A DNA stretch of 63,537 nt from an uncultured Candidatus Actinomarina sp. (GCA_902609285.1 CACLRL010000005.1:1-63537); one strand, 5' to 3'. Positions 14,662 through 25,472 are shown, counted from the stretch's first letter. The notes: generated from the letters alone by a model not told the origin. Made by a program: numbers and translations.

Positions 14662-17487
14662 TTATTTTTGATTTAAGCTTTCAATAGCTCTATTGACCAA
14701 CTCTTCTACTTGAATAATCAAATCTTGATATCTACCAAGATTTCCATCAGTTAAGGCTTTCTGTGCTTGATCAAACAATTCATTAGCTATATTTAATAAA
14801 TCAATAGCACTTGTCTCTTCAGAGTCTTCTGTACCTAAATCTATATCTATATCTATATCAAGATCTCCAAATACTCCCTCTAGAGCAAGACTTAGAGATT
14901 CAGCCATAATAATTCTGTCTTGGAAGACAACAACAACAAATTTGAATTCTGGGAGTGGGTTTTGTTCACCTTGTAGATAGATTGGTTGATAATAAAGAAC
15001 TGATTGATTGATTGGTACCACAAAAAGATTACCTTTTATAACACTTGATCCTTGTTGATCTAACAAAGTAAAAATCTGAGATATATCTGGGTCTTGATTT
15101 ATTCTCGTTGAGACCTGTGATGGTCCATCAACAAACTCACCTTTTGGTAATTTAAAATCAATGATTTGACCATAATTTTCTGGGTCCGCATCAGCAACTA
15201 AGAAAGATTGCATATTCGGTCTGTTTTCTGGATTAAATGGTTGGAAAATTAAATAGCTTAAATCACTCTCTCCAGGTAGAGACATCAGTAAATAATAAGG
15301 AAGCATGGGTTTAAATCCAATCTCACTAAACTCACCTCTTAAAGTAGCAAGCCTTGGAGTGGTAGATGAATCAGTAGGAATCTCCCATGGGTCTTCATCT
15401 GCATAAAATACTCTCGGATCTTTCATGTGGTAGTCTCTGTACATATCAGACTGGATAGTAAAAAGATCTTCAGGGTATCTTATATGATTGAGAAGATCCT
15501 CAGACATATCTGATTTTTTATCAAAAAGTGATGGAAATATTGAAGAATAGGATTTGATTAAAGGATCTTCTTCATCAAATATATAAAACTTCATTGTCCC
15601 GTCATAAGCATTTACAACAGCCTTGACTGAATTTCTAATATAGTTGAAACTAACTGGTAGCCCTGATCTATCATTAATTCTTGTTGTATCAGCTGGTTGG
15701 GCATAGGGATATCTGTCACTTAATGTGTACAGATCAATTATCCAAAAAAGATTGCCATCAACTAAAGCTAAATAGGGGTCATTATCAGAATATAAAAATG
15801 GAGCTGCTTTTTTAACTCTACTTATGATGTTTCTTTCCATAATTAGTTTCGATCCATCTCCTAGCTGATTAGAAATTAAGAGGTTTAATTCACTGTAACG
15901 AAGTGCAAAACCAAGTCTTTTAAAGAATGAACCAATTCCAACACCACCGTCTCCTGAGTAATTTGTATAAGCTACAGATTGGCCTTCTGTAGAAAGTGGA
16001 TAATCAACCTCATCTTGAAGAGAATTAACAACTACATAGTCATCTGAGTCAGCGGACTCACCAAAATATATTCTTGGTTGATCAACTTCAAGTTCAGGGA
16101 CACTAGTGTTTGCTGGTACACCTTTGACGTAAAAATCTGGTTGTCCTTGACTTGCTACATTATTTGCAGGGCTAAATACGACCCCGAATCCATGAGTGTA
16201 CTGTAATTTTTGATTGACCCAACCTTGAGCTGGTAAATTGGTTTGATCTAATTCTCTTGCAGAGACCATTACCTGAGTTAGCTCTCCATTAATTACGTAC
16301 CTATCTACATCAACTTCATCAAGAGCATAGTAAGCTCTAATTTCTTGGAGCTGACTGTACGTTTCTGCCAATACAGTTGGATCCCAAAGTCTGATATTGT
16401 CAACTGTTTGAGTATTATCGTTTATATCATTTTGTGATAAGCTTGGCGACGCCTCAAATTGTCTCTCTTCAATATTATCAAGTCCATATGCAAGTCTTGT
16501 GTAGTCAATGTGTTCTTCAACATAAGGTAATTCTTTATTTAATTCATCTGGTACAACCCTAAACCTTTGAATTGCCGATGGAACAATTCCACCAACAATA
16601 ATTGATACAGCAAGCCATAAGCCAATTGCTGTTGCAGGAAGAAGCCAACCTCTTCTCCGAATGTTCACAAGTAAAAGTATTGCGCCAAATAATGAAATGA
16701 GAATTAATAAATTCAGTGCTGGGAGATGAGCGACTACGTCAGTGTAACTTGCCCCAAATACTTTGCCCCGAGGAGAATATAAAAGTTCTAAAGAATCGAG
16801 TCTGTACGCCACAGCTTTCAAAAGAGCTATGAATGCCAGTAAAACTGATAAATGAGCCTTCGCTCCACTACTGACTTCAGGTAATCTCCCAGGTCTTAAT
16901 TGAAGTGCTCCTGTAGCAATAAAATATAAGATGACTACTAAAGAGGTTATTGTAACTAATTGAAAACCCCAAGAAACAAAAAGTCTGTAAAGTGGAAGAC
17001 CGTATACGTAGCTAGCAACATCAAAATCGAATACAGGATCAGCAATACCAAAATCTTCTCTGTTTAAAAATAATAAGACTTGTTCCCAAAGTGAAGATGC
17101 ACCTGCTCCTAAAAATAATGAAAGTGCTACTGCACCAGTCAATCTAAATCTTGCAAATCTTTCACTTACAAAATTTCTAAACCTTGCTAACGGATCATCT
17201 GAATCAAATGCTTCAAATATATCCATTACTGGGGTTGCTCTAGTTGCAAGTCTAAGATTTGAAAATATAAATAGAAAAGCAACTAGAGAAGTTGCTCCAA
17301 CAAGTGCTGATCTGGTGAAAAGAATTTTAATCCAGACACTTTCTAAATTTACAGAATCAAACCAAAGGTAGTTTGTATAAAAACTTGCAATACCTCTTGC
17401 CAGTGAAAATCCAATAATTGCGATGAAGACAATGAAAGAAAGGCCTCTTCTTTCAGAATTAGTATTTAGATTTCCTATATTTACCAT
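14662..17487 (-). CDS. UPF0182-family large membrane protein (Rv3193c-like)
   Basis: 941 aa with about 7 N-terminal TM helices and a large extracytoplasmic domain. The architecture and neighbours match the actinobacterial UPF0182 family. Confidence 0.8.
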   Translation of the reverse strand: MVNIGNLNTNSERRGLSFIVFIAIIGFSLARGIASFYTNYLWFDSVNLESVWIKILFTRSALVGATSLVAFLFIFSNLRLATRATPVMDIFEAFDSDDPLARFRNFVSERFARFRLTGAVALSLFLGAGASSLWEQVLLFLNREDFGIADPVFDFDVASYVYGLPLYRLFVSWGFQLVTITSLVVILYFIATGALQLRPGRLPEVSSGAKAHLSVLLAFIALLKAVAYRLDSLELLYSPRGKVFGASYTDVVAHLPALNLLILISLFGAILLLVNIRRRGWLLPATAIGLWLAVSIIVGGIVPSAIQRFRVVPDELNKELPYVEEHIDYTRLAYGLDNIEERQFEASPSLSQNDINDNTQTVDNIRLWDPTVLAETYSQLQEIRAYYALDEVDVDRYVINGELTQVMVSARELDQTNLPAQGWVNQKLQYTHGFGVVFSPANNVASQGQPDFYVKGVPANTSVPELEVDQPRIYFGESADSDDYVVVNSLQDEVDYPLSTEGQSVAYTNYSGDGGVGIGSFFKRLGFALRYSELNLLISNQLGDGSKLIMERNIISRVKKAAPFLYSDNDPYLALVDGNLFWIIDLYTLSDRYPYAQPADTTRINDRSGLPVSFNYIRNSVKAVVNAYDGTMKFYIFDEEDPLIKSYSSIFPSLFDKKSDMSEDLLNHIRYPEDLFTIQSDMYRDYHMKDPRVFYADEDPWEIPTDSSTTPRLATLRGEFSEIGFKPMLPYYLLMSLPGESDLSYLIFQPFNPENRPNMQSFLVADADPENYGQIIDFKLPKGEFVDGPSQVSTRINQDPDISQIFTLLDQQGSSVIKGNLFVVPINQSVLYYQPIYLQGEQNPLPEFKFVVVVFQDRIIMAESLSLALEGVFGDLDIDIDIDLGTEDSEETSAIDLLNIANELFDQAQKALTDGNLGRYQDLIIQVEELVNRAIESLNQK

Positions 17488-17515
17488 GACAGTTAATTGT
17501 ATTTATGTTTCGTCT

Positions 17516-18526
17516 TTAACGTGAACTAAAGTCAAAAATTACATTTAATGCATTATCAAAAGAATCAACAGCAACAATTTCAGTATTATCATCTGAAAAA
17601 ACACTTGCTTCTTCATAGTTAGCAGTTGGCACCAGAATTAAACCTGCATTTGCTCTTTTTGCCGCAATAACTTTTTGTTTTACTCCTCCAACAGGCCCAA
17701 TTGATCCATTAATTTCAATTGTGCCAGTTCCAGCAATTTTTTTTCCATTAGTAATATCATTTTCAGTTAGTAAGTTGTAAACATTTAAAGCCATCATCAT
17801 TCCGGCAGAAGGACCTCCAACATTTCCAGTTTGAATATCTACATCAAAAGGAAAAGTAAATTGTTGATTAGGTGTAGAAGCTAAAAATCCAACCATTGGT
17901 TCATTTTTGTACTCTACATGTTCTATAAGATTTGTTTCAATAATTATTTCTTGTTTATTTCTAATCAGCCCAATATTTACTAAGTCACCTATTTCATAAG
18001 TTCTTAACTTTGATATGAATTCAGTAGTTGATCTAACAAGTTCACTGTTTATAGAAACAATTAAATCATCTTTAATAAGTTTGTCTTTTACTGGAGAGTC
18101 ATCAAGTAGGCCTACAACCAAAACTCCGTCACCCTCTGATTGTACGTCATAATCCAAAGAATTAAGTGCTACAGCGATTGCAACATTTTCAGACGTCATC
18201 ATATTTTGCATACTTATTTCAGATAATTCTTGTGGTGTCACACCATCAGGTAAAATCACTTCTCTAGGATATAAATCGATTTGGCTGTTTAATCTAGCCC
18301 ATACATATACAAAATAATTAGCTTCATCTCTTCGAACAGTTAATTGATAAAGATTCCCATCATATTCATAAGTTTGGGCATTTTCGATTTCAATATCCCA
18401 TTGATATGGTGGCCCAGGTGACATAAAATAATATTCTGATTTAGCAAAACCGAATGGAAAAATAACAATTAGATAAGTGATAAGAATAATTTTTAAAAGT
18501 TTATTTTTTTGGAAAAATTTATTCAT
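17516..18526 (-). CDS. PDZ domain / Lon-like (S16) serine protease, YlbL/Rv3194c-like
   Basis: Signal/TM segment, a central PDZ domain, and a C-terminal Lon protease-like region (GPSAGMMMAL..GTGTI..G.IGPVGGVKQK). Confidence 0.75.
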   Translation of the reverse strand: MNKFFQKNKLLKIILITYLIVIFPFGFAKSEYYFMSPGPPYQWDIEIENAQTYEYDGNLYQLTVRRDEANYFVYVWARLNSQIDLYPREVILPDGVTPQELSEISMQNMMTSENVAIAVALNSLDYDVQSEGDGVLVVGLLDDSPVKDKLIKDDLIVSINSELVRSTTEFISKLRTYEIGDLVNIGLIRNKQEIIIETNLIEHVEYKNEPMVGFLASTPNQQFTFPFDVDIQTGNVGGPSAGMMMALNVYNLLTENDITNGKKIAGTGTIEINGSIGPVGGVKQKVIAAKRANAGLILVPTANYEEASVFSDDNTEIVAVDSFDNALNVIFDFSSR

Positions 18527-18556
18527 ATATTGATGATAATTTATTTCAATATATAT

Positions 18557-18587
18557 AAAAAAAGAGCCGGATAAACCGGCTCTTTTT
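18557..18587 (-). terminator. Rho-independent terminator after the ABC operon
   Basis: Stem AGAGCCGG / CCGGCTCT with a 5 nt loop, flanked by A and T runs, lying 17 nt downstream of the SBP stop codon. Confidence 0.7.
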
Positions 18588-18603
18588 ACTTATTCAAATT
18601 ATA

Positions 18604-20004
18604 TTATGAACAAGGTCCTACAGACCAATCATAAGCGCTAGCGGATGGACCTACATAGTCTTTTTTAACTACGACAGCTCCACTACCAACACTTCCGTCT
18701 GGTTTTGTAATGGTACTTGCAACATCAGGTAAGCCAGATCCTAGTTTCTTTTCAGGCATCATACCGTCAGAACTAACTGTAACATTTGTTGCTGCTCTTC
18801 TAATACCTGCTCTAGTAAGATCTCCACCTTTTAGTGCACCTTCAAGTACACCTTTAAGATGATATTGTGAACCCCATCCTCCAACGAAGAATGTGCTTGC
18901 ACTATCAGTTATTTGACCCAATGTTTGTCTCATTGTTGCGTGACCAACAGTGTCAGCCTCATAAGGTGCAATACCAAAAGACATTGCATAAATGAGTCCT
19001 GATTCAAATAGACCTTTTACAGCTGATCCTTCAGCCACAAAAGCATCGTTGTAAGATGTTCCGAGGAACATTGCAAAAGGAGTGACTCCTTGTTGTGCTG
19101 CTCCACCAGCAACTTGAGGTGCTACGGCTAATCCAGTTGCTAAGAAATAAGCATCAACTGGTTTTGTAACCAGTAAACCAACGGCTTGAGTTACATCAAA
19201 CTCTGTTGGAGGTGCTAAATATTCCCATGCAACTTCAACGCCTGCATTCGCTGCTGCTGCTTTGATTCCAAATGCGAAATCCTTACCATAGTCACTTTCG
19301 TAACCGATAATTCCAACAGTGTTTATATCAACTAAACCACCTGTTAGAGGTCCCGCATTTGCAGATGCCCAATCCATAGCATTCATTCCGTCTGCACAAT
19401 ATTGTGTTCCGAATTCAATTACTGTAGAGGCATCTACGCCTTTATATGCCCAACCTGACCACCAGCTCATTGGTACTGCTACCATGTCATCTTCATTTAA
19501 ATTATCTAAAATAAATAATGTCTGCGGTGTTCCAAGTGACATTGAGAAAGCTGCAACTGAATCTTTTAATGAGTTGTAACCTTCTAAATGTTTTTGTGGA
19601 TTGTATGACGCATCAAATCCTTCTCGAATTGCCACACTATAATCTCCAATTCCACCAGTTGAATTAGCCCAGAGCCAAAATGCTCTTTGTCCAATATCAA
19701 GAGCTGGCCCAGCAGCTCCGAAAGGTCCTGAATAGTCATTTAACATTCCTAGATAAATACAACCTTTGGTTGGATCTGCTCCAGTTGGAATGTTGGATAT
19801 AACTTCGGGACAAGCCTCTTCTGTAATTCCAACACCTGTTTTTACTGTGCCGGCTGTTGTTACAGCTGGTGAGTCAAGTGCTTCTGTTACTTCTTCTGCA
19901 ACTACCTCTTCCTCAGAAGTTTCTTCGGTAGCTCCACCACAAGCAACAAGAACTAAGGCTAGAATTGAAAAAATTATGATTCCTTGCTTACGCAATGGTT
20001 TCAT
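18604..20004 (-). CDS. ABC transporter substrate-binding lipoprotein (Liv/HAAT-type)
   Basis: Lipobox LVACGG and a 466 aa periplasmic-binding-protein-like sequence. It is the last gene of the livFG-acs-livHM operon, with a strong SD (AAGGGGG). Confidence 0.8.
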   Translation of the reverse strand: MKPLRKQGIIIFSILALVLVACGGATEETSEEEVVAEEVTEALDSPAVTTAGTVKTGVGITEEACPEVISNIPTGADPTKGCIYLGMLNDYSGPFGAAGPALDIGQRAFWLWANSTGGIGDYSVAIREGFDASYNPQKHLEGYNSLKDSVAAFSMSLGTPQTLFILDNLNEDDMVAVPMSWWSGWAYKGVDASTVIEFGTQYCADGMNAMDWASANAGPLTGGLVDINTVGIIGYESDYGKDFAFGIKAAAANAGVEVAWEYLAPPTEFDVTQAVGLLVTKPVDAYFLATGLAVAPQVAGGAAQQGVTPFAMFLGTSYNDAFVAEGSAVKGLFESGLIYAMSFGIAPYEADTVGHATMRQTLGQITDSASTFFVGGWGSQYHLKGVLEGALKGGDLTRAGIRRAATNVTVSSDGMMPEKKLGSGLPDVASTITKPDGSVGSGAVVVKKDYVGPSASAYDWSVGPCS

Positions 20005-20058
20005 TTTTCCCCCTTATCATTAGTACTAATATAAGTAGGTTACTATATGTTTTTGAAT

Positions 20059-21162
20059 TTAGTAGGAAAAAGGCCAGGCTTTAAAATAATTTCGTAACCT
20101 AAACCATATTCCCCATAATCCCCTGGGTTCGAATATTAAAAATAATATGATAAAAAGACCAAAAATTATACGTTCAATTTGCTGAGGCGTTATTAAAAGA
20201 TCCTGTTCACTCAAGTTTGACGATAACACCACATACTGAATTATTGCCGGAAAAAGTACATAGAAAAAAGCACCAAATAGGGGTCCAAGAACTGTGCCAG
20301 CTCCACCAATAATCACTATCGCAATAAAGAGAATTGAATAAAGTAAGTTAAACGTACCTGGCTCAACACCACCAAATGTAGTAGTTAACAAGGCACCTGC
20401 TACACCTCCATAAAAGCATGATATTGCAAGAGCTGTAGCTTTATATTTGAACAAATTTATACCTAATGCCTCAGCAGCGATATCTCGATCCCTTATTGCT
20501 GCAAAAGCTCGTCCTGTTTTTGACCTAACTAGATTTTTGACACCTAACCCTAATAAAACTGTCACTAGTAGAGATATCAAATATAAAATTTGATTTTTCT
20601 GAATTAAAAAATTTCCTATCTCATATCCTGAATTGAAATCAATTCCAAGAATATTTAGTTTTGCTGATTTTCTTCCGAGACCAGAACCTCCTGTAATAAA
20701 AGTCAAGTTTGAAAAAAAGTGTGATCCAATAAACACAAAAGCTAAAGTAACAAGACCTAAGTTTAGGCCTTTCAATCGCACAGCGATTGGGGAAATAAGC
20801 ACACCAATTAAAGCTGCAACAATTCCTGAAAGTGGAAGCCATATTAATAAATCCATCTCAAACCCAATTACACTTCTTGTTGCAACTCCGCCTAATACTG
20901 CAGATGTATATGTTCCAATTCCAACGAATACACCATGAGCTAAGTTAATCTGACCTGCAAGACCTGAAACTATGTTTAAGCCCCAAGCTGCAATAGATAC
21001 AAGCAGTGCATTTGTAATCAAGATTATCCAATAGTCGGAAGCTATAAAGCAAATATATATAGAAGATAACAATAGTGTTACAAACCAAAACTTTTGTGTA
21101 TTGTTTGGGAATATTGAAATTTCTTTTTGGTAAGAAGTAAATAAATCTGGACGCTTACTCAT
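20059..21162 (-). CDS. livM: Branched-chain amino acid-type ABC permease (LivM-like)
   Basis: Polytopic 367 aa HAAT-family permease. Overlaps livH by 4 nt. Confidence 0.85.
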   Translation of the reverse strand: MSKRPDLFTSYQKEISIFPNNTQKFWFVTLLLSSIYICFIASDYWIILITNALLVSIAAWGLNIVSGLAGQINLAHGVFVGIGTYTSAVLGGVATRSVIGFEMDLLIWLPLSGIVAALIGVLISPIAVRLKGLNLGLVTLAFVFIGSHFFSNLTFITGGSGLGRKSAKLNILGIDFNSGYEIGNFLIQKNQILYLISLLVTVLLGLGVKNLVRSKTGRAFAAIRDRDIAAEALGINLFKYKATALAISCFYGGVAGALLTTTFGGVEPGTFNLLYSILFIAIVIIGGAGTVLGPLFGAFFYVLFPAIIQYVVLSSNLSEQDLLITPQQIERIIFGLFIILFLIFEPRGLWGIWFRLRNYFKAWPFSY

Positions 21163-22079
21163 ACTCTTTCCACTTCTTCTGTCCCAAATAATCCATCAGG
21201 TTTAACAATTAAAATTACGAACATAATTACATAAGGAGCAACAATTGAAAATCCATTTCCTAATTTAATGTTGTATGCACTTTCTATATCAAATTGGTAA
21301 TAACCAACATATGCTTGAGTTAGGCCAATAATAAGCGAACCTACAACTGCACCTGTTATGGAATCAAGACCTCCAATTACAACTGCTGGAAGCGCTCTTA
21401 ATGCAGAGATGAAACTGGTATTTGTTAAAGTATTGAATCCTCCAGTAATGAAAAAGCCAGCAAAGGCTGCTAATAATCCAGCAATAAACCAGACTAATCC
21501 AAAAACTCTACCTACATTTATTCCTTGAGCTAGAGCTGCTTCTTGGTCAAGGGAAGTTGCTCTCATAGCAACACCATATTTTGATTTTTTAAAGAAGACC
21601 GAAAGGACAAATATTAACATTAGAGCAGTAATTAATGCGGTTACTTCTAGATACTTTACTGTCAATCCCGCCATGTTAAAGGAACCAAAATTTCCATAAC
21701 TTGGAAATGGATCCCCCATGTATTTAGGATTAATACCTATCCAATTGTCCAAAACAACACGAAGCAATATATCAATTCCTATGGTCAAGACTGCAACGGA
21801 AAAAACTGGCTCACCAACCATTGGTCTTAAAAAAGTTCTTTCTAAAATTAAACCTAGAACACCTGTCAAAATAATACCCAGAAAAAAAGCAACTATAAAT
21901 GGTATACCAATTTGAGTAGAAAAGTAGCTTATAATACCTGCACCGACAACAACCATTGCAGGCTGTGCAAAACTAAGCACATCTGTTGCTCTAAATATTA
22001 AAACAAAACCAATTGCAACTAGAGAATATACCGCACCTAGAGAAAGTCCTTCGAATGTTGCTTGAAGAAAAATATTCAT
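21159..22079 (-). CDS. livH: Branched-chain amino acid-type ABC permease (LivH-like)
   Basis: Polytopic 306 aa HAAT-family permease. Confidence 0.85.
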   Translation of the reverse strand: MNIFLQATFEGLSLGAVYSLVAIGFVLIFRATDVLSFAQPAMVVVGAGIISYFSTQIGIPFIVAFFLGIILTGVLGLILERTFLRPMVGEPVFSVAVLTIGIDILLRVVLDNWIGINPKYMGDPFPSYGNFGSFNMAGLTVKYLEVTALITALMLIFVLSVFFKKSKYGVAMRATSLDQEAALAQGINVGRVFGLVWFIAGLLAAFAGFFITGGFNTLTNTSFISALRALPAVVIGGLDSITGAVVGSLIIGLTQAYVGYYQFDIESAYNIKLGNGFSIVAPYVIMFVILIVKPDGLFGTEEVERV

Positions 22080-23917
22080 TTATACATTTCTTCAATTAAG
22101 TCACTGAATTTTTCCATAATCACATTTCGCTTAGCTTTTTGAGTAGCAGTTAAGTCTCCATCTTCATGGTCTAGTTCTTTTGTGATCATTCGAAATTTTC
22201 TTATCTCAAGTGTTGATGTAAGTTTGTTTGCTTTTAAAATTTCATTCCATATAAGTTTTTGAACTTCTTCGTTTTCAGATAAGTTTCTATATGTTGTGTG
22301 AGGTATATTTTTTCTGAGCGCCCAATTGGATACAATATCATATTCAATACCAATTAAACAAGCCAAGAATTTTCTATCATCACCAATTACAATTGCCTCT
22401 TTAATATAGGGAGAGGTTTTTAAATTATTTTCAATTTCAGATGGAGAAACATTTTTTCCACCACTTGTAATAATAATATCTTTTTTTCGATCAATAATTT
22501 TTAAGAATTCACCATCATACTCACCTACATCGCCGGTATAGAGCCATCCATCTTGATCAATTGTCTCTTTAGTTGCTTCTTCATTTTTATAATATCCAAG
22601 AAAAACTCCAGGATGCCTTACAAGTATTTCACCATCATCGGCAAGTTTGATCTCAACATCTGGCTGTGGCACACCTACTGTTCCTAATTTAACGCTACCA
22701 GGTTTGTTCCCAGTGGCTACAGCACTATTCTCAGTCATCCCATAGCCTTCATATATAGGGACTCCCATGTTCATAAAGAATTTTAAAATTTCAGGTGATA
22801 TTGGAGCGGCCCCGGATACAGCATTATCTACATTTAGAAGACCTAATTTCTTTTTTAAAGCTCTAAAACATATCACCTGTGCAATAAAATTTGTAGCTTT
22901 GGCTAATAAGTCGTTATCCCCAAATTCAAGTCTTCTATTTGCTGAAAAGTTCCCTAATTTAGAAGCTAAGCCGAAGAGAGCTTTCTTCAATCTTGATGCA
23001 TCCTTCATCCTTACCAAAGTACCAGCATGCATGCGTTCAAGAATTCTTGGAACTGCTGGGAACATTGAAGGCTGAACCTCTGCTAAATCTCTTTGAACAG
23101 TATCAATTGATTCTGCAAAGTTGATTGTTCCCATAACATGAATAGCCACAATAATATCTATTAATCTTCCAAATATGTGACATATTGGCAAATAAGAAAG
23201 AAACTCAGGATTGCTTATTCCGGGAGTGAAAGATAGTTTTGGAATAATTGATCCACACCACTCTAAATTTCCATGAGAAATCATGGAACCTTTAGGGGCA
23301 CCCGTTGTTCCTGATGTATAAATTAAGCAAGCAACATCGCTTGTCTCAATTTCTTCCATCCTCGAAGTAACAAAACTGTTATTTTTTTCTAGCTCTTCTT
23401 TTCCAATAGATAAGAATTCTTCCCAAGACATGAGGACTTCATCTTTGTAGCCAACTACTCCTCTATCTTCAAAATATATAATTTTTTGAAGATTTGGTAA
23501 TTCATCCTTAACTTCTAAAGCTTTATCAACTTGCTCTTGATCCTCTGCAAATAGTATTTTTGATTCTGAATGTCCAAGTAAATATTTTACTTCTGATGGA
23601 GGATTCGTTGGATAAAGTCCAACAGTAATTGCACGTATAGATTGAATCCCAATATCCGCAATTATCCATTCAGGTCTATTTTCTGAATGAACTGCTGCTT
23701 TATCAAATCTATCTACTCCAAAATAATTCAAAGCACAACCAACCCATTGTGCTTGTTCCCAAAAACTTTGATATGAAATTTCACTCCAAATCCCAAATCT
23801 TTTATCTCTAAATGCTACTTTTTCAGGGAATCGTGAAGCAATCTCATTCACTTTCCTGCATGGAGTACTTCCTCCATTTTGACTTATTTCACTAAAAATA
23901 TTTTCCATCGTCAACAT
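22076..23917 (-). CDS. AMP-dependent (long-chain) acyl-CoA synthetase
   Basis: AMP-binding motif YTSGTTGAPKG, plus GYGMTE, YTGD and the FACS-type C-terminus. It is embedded between the ATPase and permease genes. Confidence 0.85.
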   Translation of the reverse strand: MLTMENIFSEISQNGGSTPCRKVNEIASRFPEKVAFRDKRFGIWSEISYQSFWEQAQWVGCALNYFGVDRFDKAAVHSENRPEWIIADIGIQSIRAITVGLYPTNPPSEVKYLLGHSESKILFAEDQEQVDKALEVKDELPNLQKIIYFEDRGVVGYKDEVLMSWEEFLSIGKEELEKNNSFVTSRMEEIETSDVACLIYTSGTTGAPKGSMISHGNLEWCGSIIPKLSFTPGISNPEFLSYLPICHIFGRLIDIIVAIHVMGTINFAESIDTVQRDLAEVQPSMFPAVPRILERMHAGTLVRMKDASRLKKALFGLASKLGNFSANRRLEFGDNDLLAKATNFIAQVICFRALKKKLGLLNVDNAVSGAAPISPEILKFFMNMGVPIYEGYGMTENSAVATGNKPGSVKLGTVGVPQPDVEIKLADDGEILVRHPGVFLGYYKNEEATKETIDQDGWLYTGDVGEYDGEFLKIIDRKKDIIITSGGKNVSPSEIENNLKTSPYIKEAIVIGDDRKFLACLIGIEYDIVSNWALRKNIPHTTYRNLSENEEVQKLIWNEILKANKLTSTLEIRKFRMITKELDHEDGDLTATQKAKRNVIMEKFSDLIEEMYK

Positions 23918-23919
23918 AT

Positions 23920-24696
23920 TTAATCACTTACTCCTAAATAGGCTTCTATAACTGATTGGTCTTTTGCAGCATCAGATGGTGAGCCGGAAAATAATTTTTT
24001 ACCAAAATCCATGACTATTACATCTGTTGCTATGTCCATTACCATGTTCATATCATGGTCAACCAATATTATTGTTACTCCTAATTCTTCGTGTATATCT
24101 AGTATAAATCTTGCAATGTCTTCTGTTTCTTCATTATTCATTCCTGCCGCTGGCTCATCTAATAAAAGAACTTTTGGCTTCATTGCTAGTGCTCTTCCTA
24201 GTTCAATTCTTTTTTGAATTCCGTAAGGTAGAGATAATATATAAGAAAATCGGTGTTCTTCTATTTCTAAAAAATCAATAACATCCTCTGCAATATCTCT
24301 TGCCTCATCTTCTTGATTTTTAACTTTTTTTGTTCGAAGCATACTTGTCACTGGACCATAATTTATATGCTTATGTGCACCAATTAAAATATTGTCTAAT
24401 GTAGTCATGTTTTCAAATAATTCTATATTTTGAAAAGTACGTGAGACACCCAAATTTGCAATCTTATCAGGTTTCAAATCTGCTATTTCTTGATCATAAA
24501 TTTTTATTTCCCCTGAAGTCGGCCTATAAATTCCGTTAACACAGTTAAATACTGATGTCTTTCCTGCTCCATTTGGACCTATGATTGAAAATAAAGAACC
24601 CTCTTTCACCTCAAACGAGATATCATCCAATGCTTTGACGCCTCCAAAATTTAAACTTACATTTACAAATTCAACTGCATTTTTCATGACAACCAT
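23920..24696 (-). CDS. livG: ABC transporter ATP-binding protein (LivG-like)
   Basis: Walker A GPNGAGKTS, signature LPYGIQKR and Walker B LLLDEPAAG. Confidence 0.85.
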   Translation of the reverse strand: MVVMKNAVEFVNVSLNFGGVKALDDISFEVKEGSLFSIIGPNGAGKTSVFNCVNGIYRPTSGEIKIYDQEIADLKPDKIANLGVSRTFQNIELFENMTTLDNILIGAHKHINYGPVTSMLRTKKVKNQEDEARDIAEDVIDFLEIEEHRFSYILSLPYGIQKRIELGRALAMKPKVLLLDEPAAGMNNEETEDIARFILDIHEELGVTIILVDHDMNMVMDIATDVIVMDFGKKLFSGSPSDAAKDQSVIEAYLGVSD

Positions 24697-25472
24697 CTCT
24701 TTTTACGTTTGTAGTGTTTTACGTCTTTAAAAGATTTTCTCTCAGTTCCTTCAGCATTTAGACCTAGATAAAACTCTTGAACATCTTGATCTTGTAATAA
24801 CTTTGAGCTGGGGTTATCCATTACAATATTGCCAGTCTCCATTATGTAACCATGAGATGATATCTTGAGAGCCATGTTTGCATTTTGCTCAACTAATAAA
24901 ACTGTTACACCTTGGCTATTAATTTCAAGAATCAATTCAGAAATCTGTTGTACTAATTTCGGAGCCAAGCCAAGACTAGGTTCATCTAATAATAGGTATT
25001 TTGGATTTGACATTAAAGCCCTTCCAATAGCTAGCATTTGTTGTTCGCCACCTGACAAATAGCCAGCAGTATTTTTATCTCTATCTTTTAAAATTGGGAA
25101 TAAGGTAAATACTCTTTCGATATTTTCGTCAATCGAATCATTGGCAGTAAAACCACCTAATCTTAAATTTTCTCTAACTGTTAGCTCTGAGAAAATTCTT
25201 CTCCCCTCCAAAACTTGGGCAATCCCTAGTTGAACAATTTTTGAGGGCTGGGCATTTGTAATTTCTTCATCTTCAATAAATATTTTACCTTTAGTGATGT
25301 CACCATTTTGCGTATCTAACAAACCAGTAATTGCCCTAAGAGCAGTTGTTTTGCCAGAACCATTGCTACCAAGAAGAGAAACAATTTGACCTTTTGGAAC
25401 ATCGAAAGAAACACCTCTGAGAACTAAAATTACATCTTGATAAACAACTTCTAAGTTTTGTACAGAAAGCAT
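24684..25472 (-). CDS. livF: ABC transporter ATP-binding protein (LivF-like)
   Basis: Walker A GSNGSGKTT, signature LSGGEQQ and Walker B LLLDEPS, with a basic C-terminal tail. Confidence 0.85.
   Translation of the reverse strand: MLSVQNLEVVYQDVILVLRGVSFDVPKGQIVSLLGSNGSGKTTALRAITGLLDTQNGDITKGKIFIEDEEITNAQPSKIVQLGIAQVLEGRRIFSELTVRENLRLGGFTANDSIDENIERVFTLFPILKDRDKNTAGYLSGGEQQMLAIGRALMSNPKYLLLDEPSLGLAPKLVQQISELILEINSQGVTVLLVEQNANMALKISSHGYIMETGNIVMDNPSSKLLQDQDVQEFYLGLNAEGTERKSFKDVKHYKRKKRWLS

Noticed and set aside
18604-20004. The SBP gene looks locally GC-richer than its surroundings, which could indicate horizontal acquisition.
   Set aside because: The enrichment follows from a Gly/Ala/Val/Thr-rich secreted protein composition. 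The gene is embedded in an operon with overlapping neighbours, and there are no flanking repeats or mobility genes.
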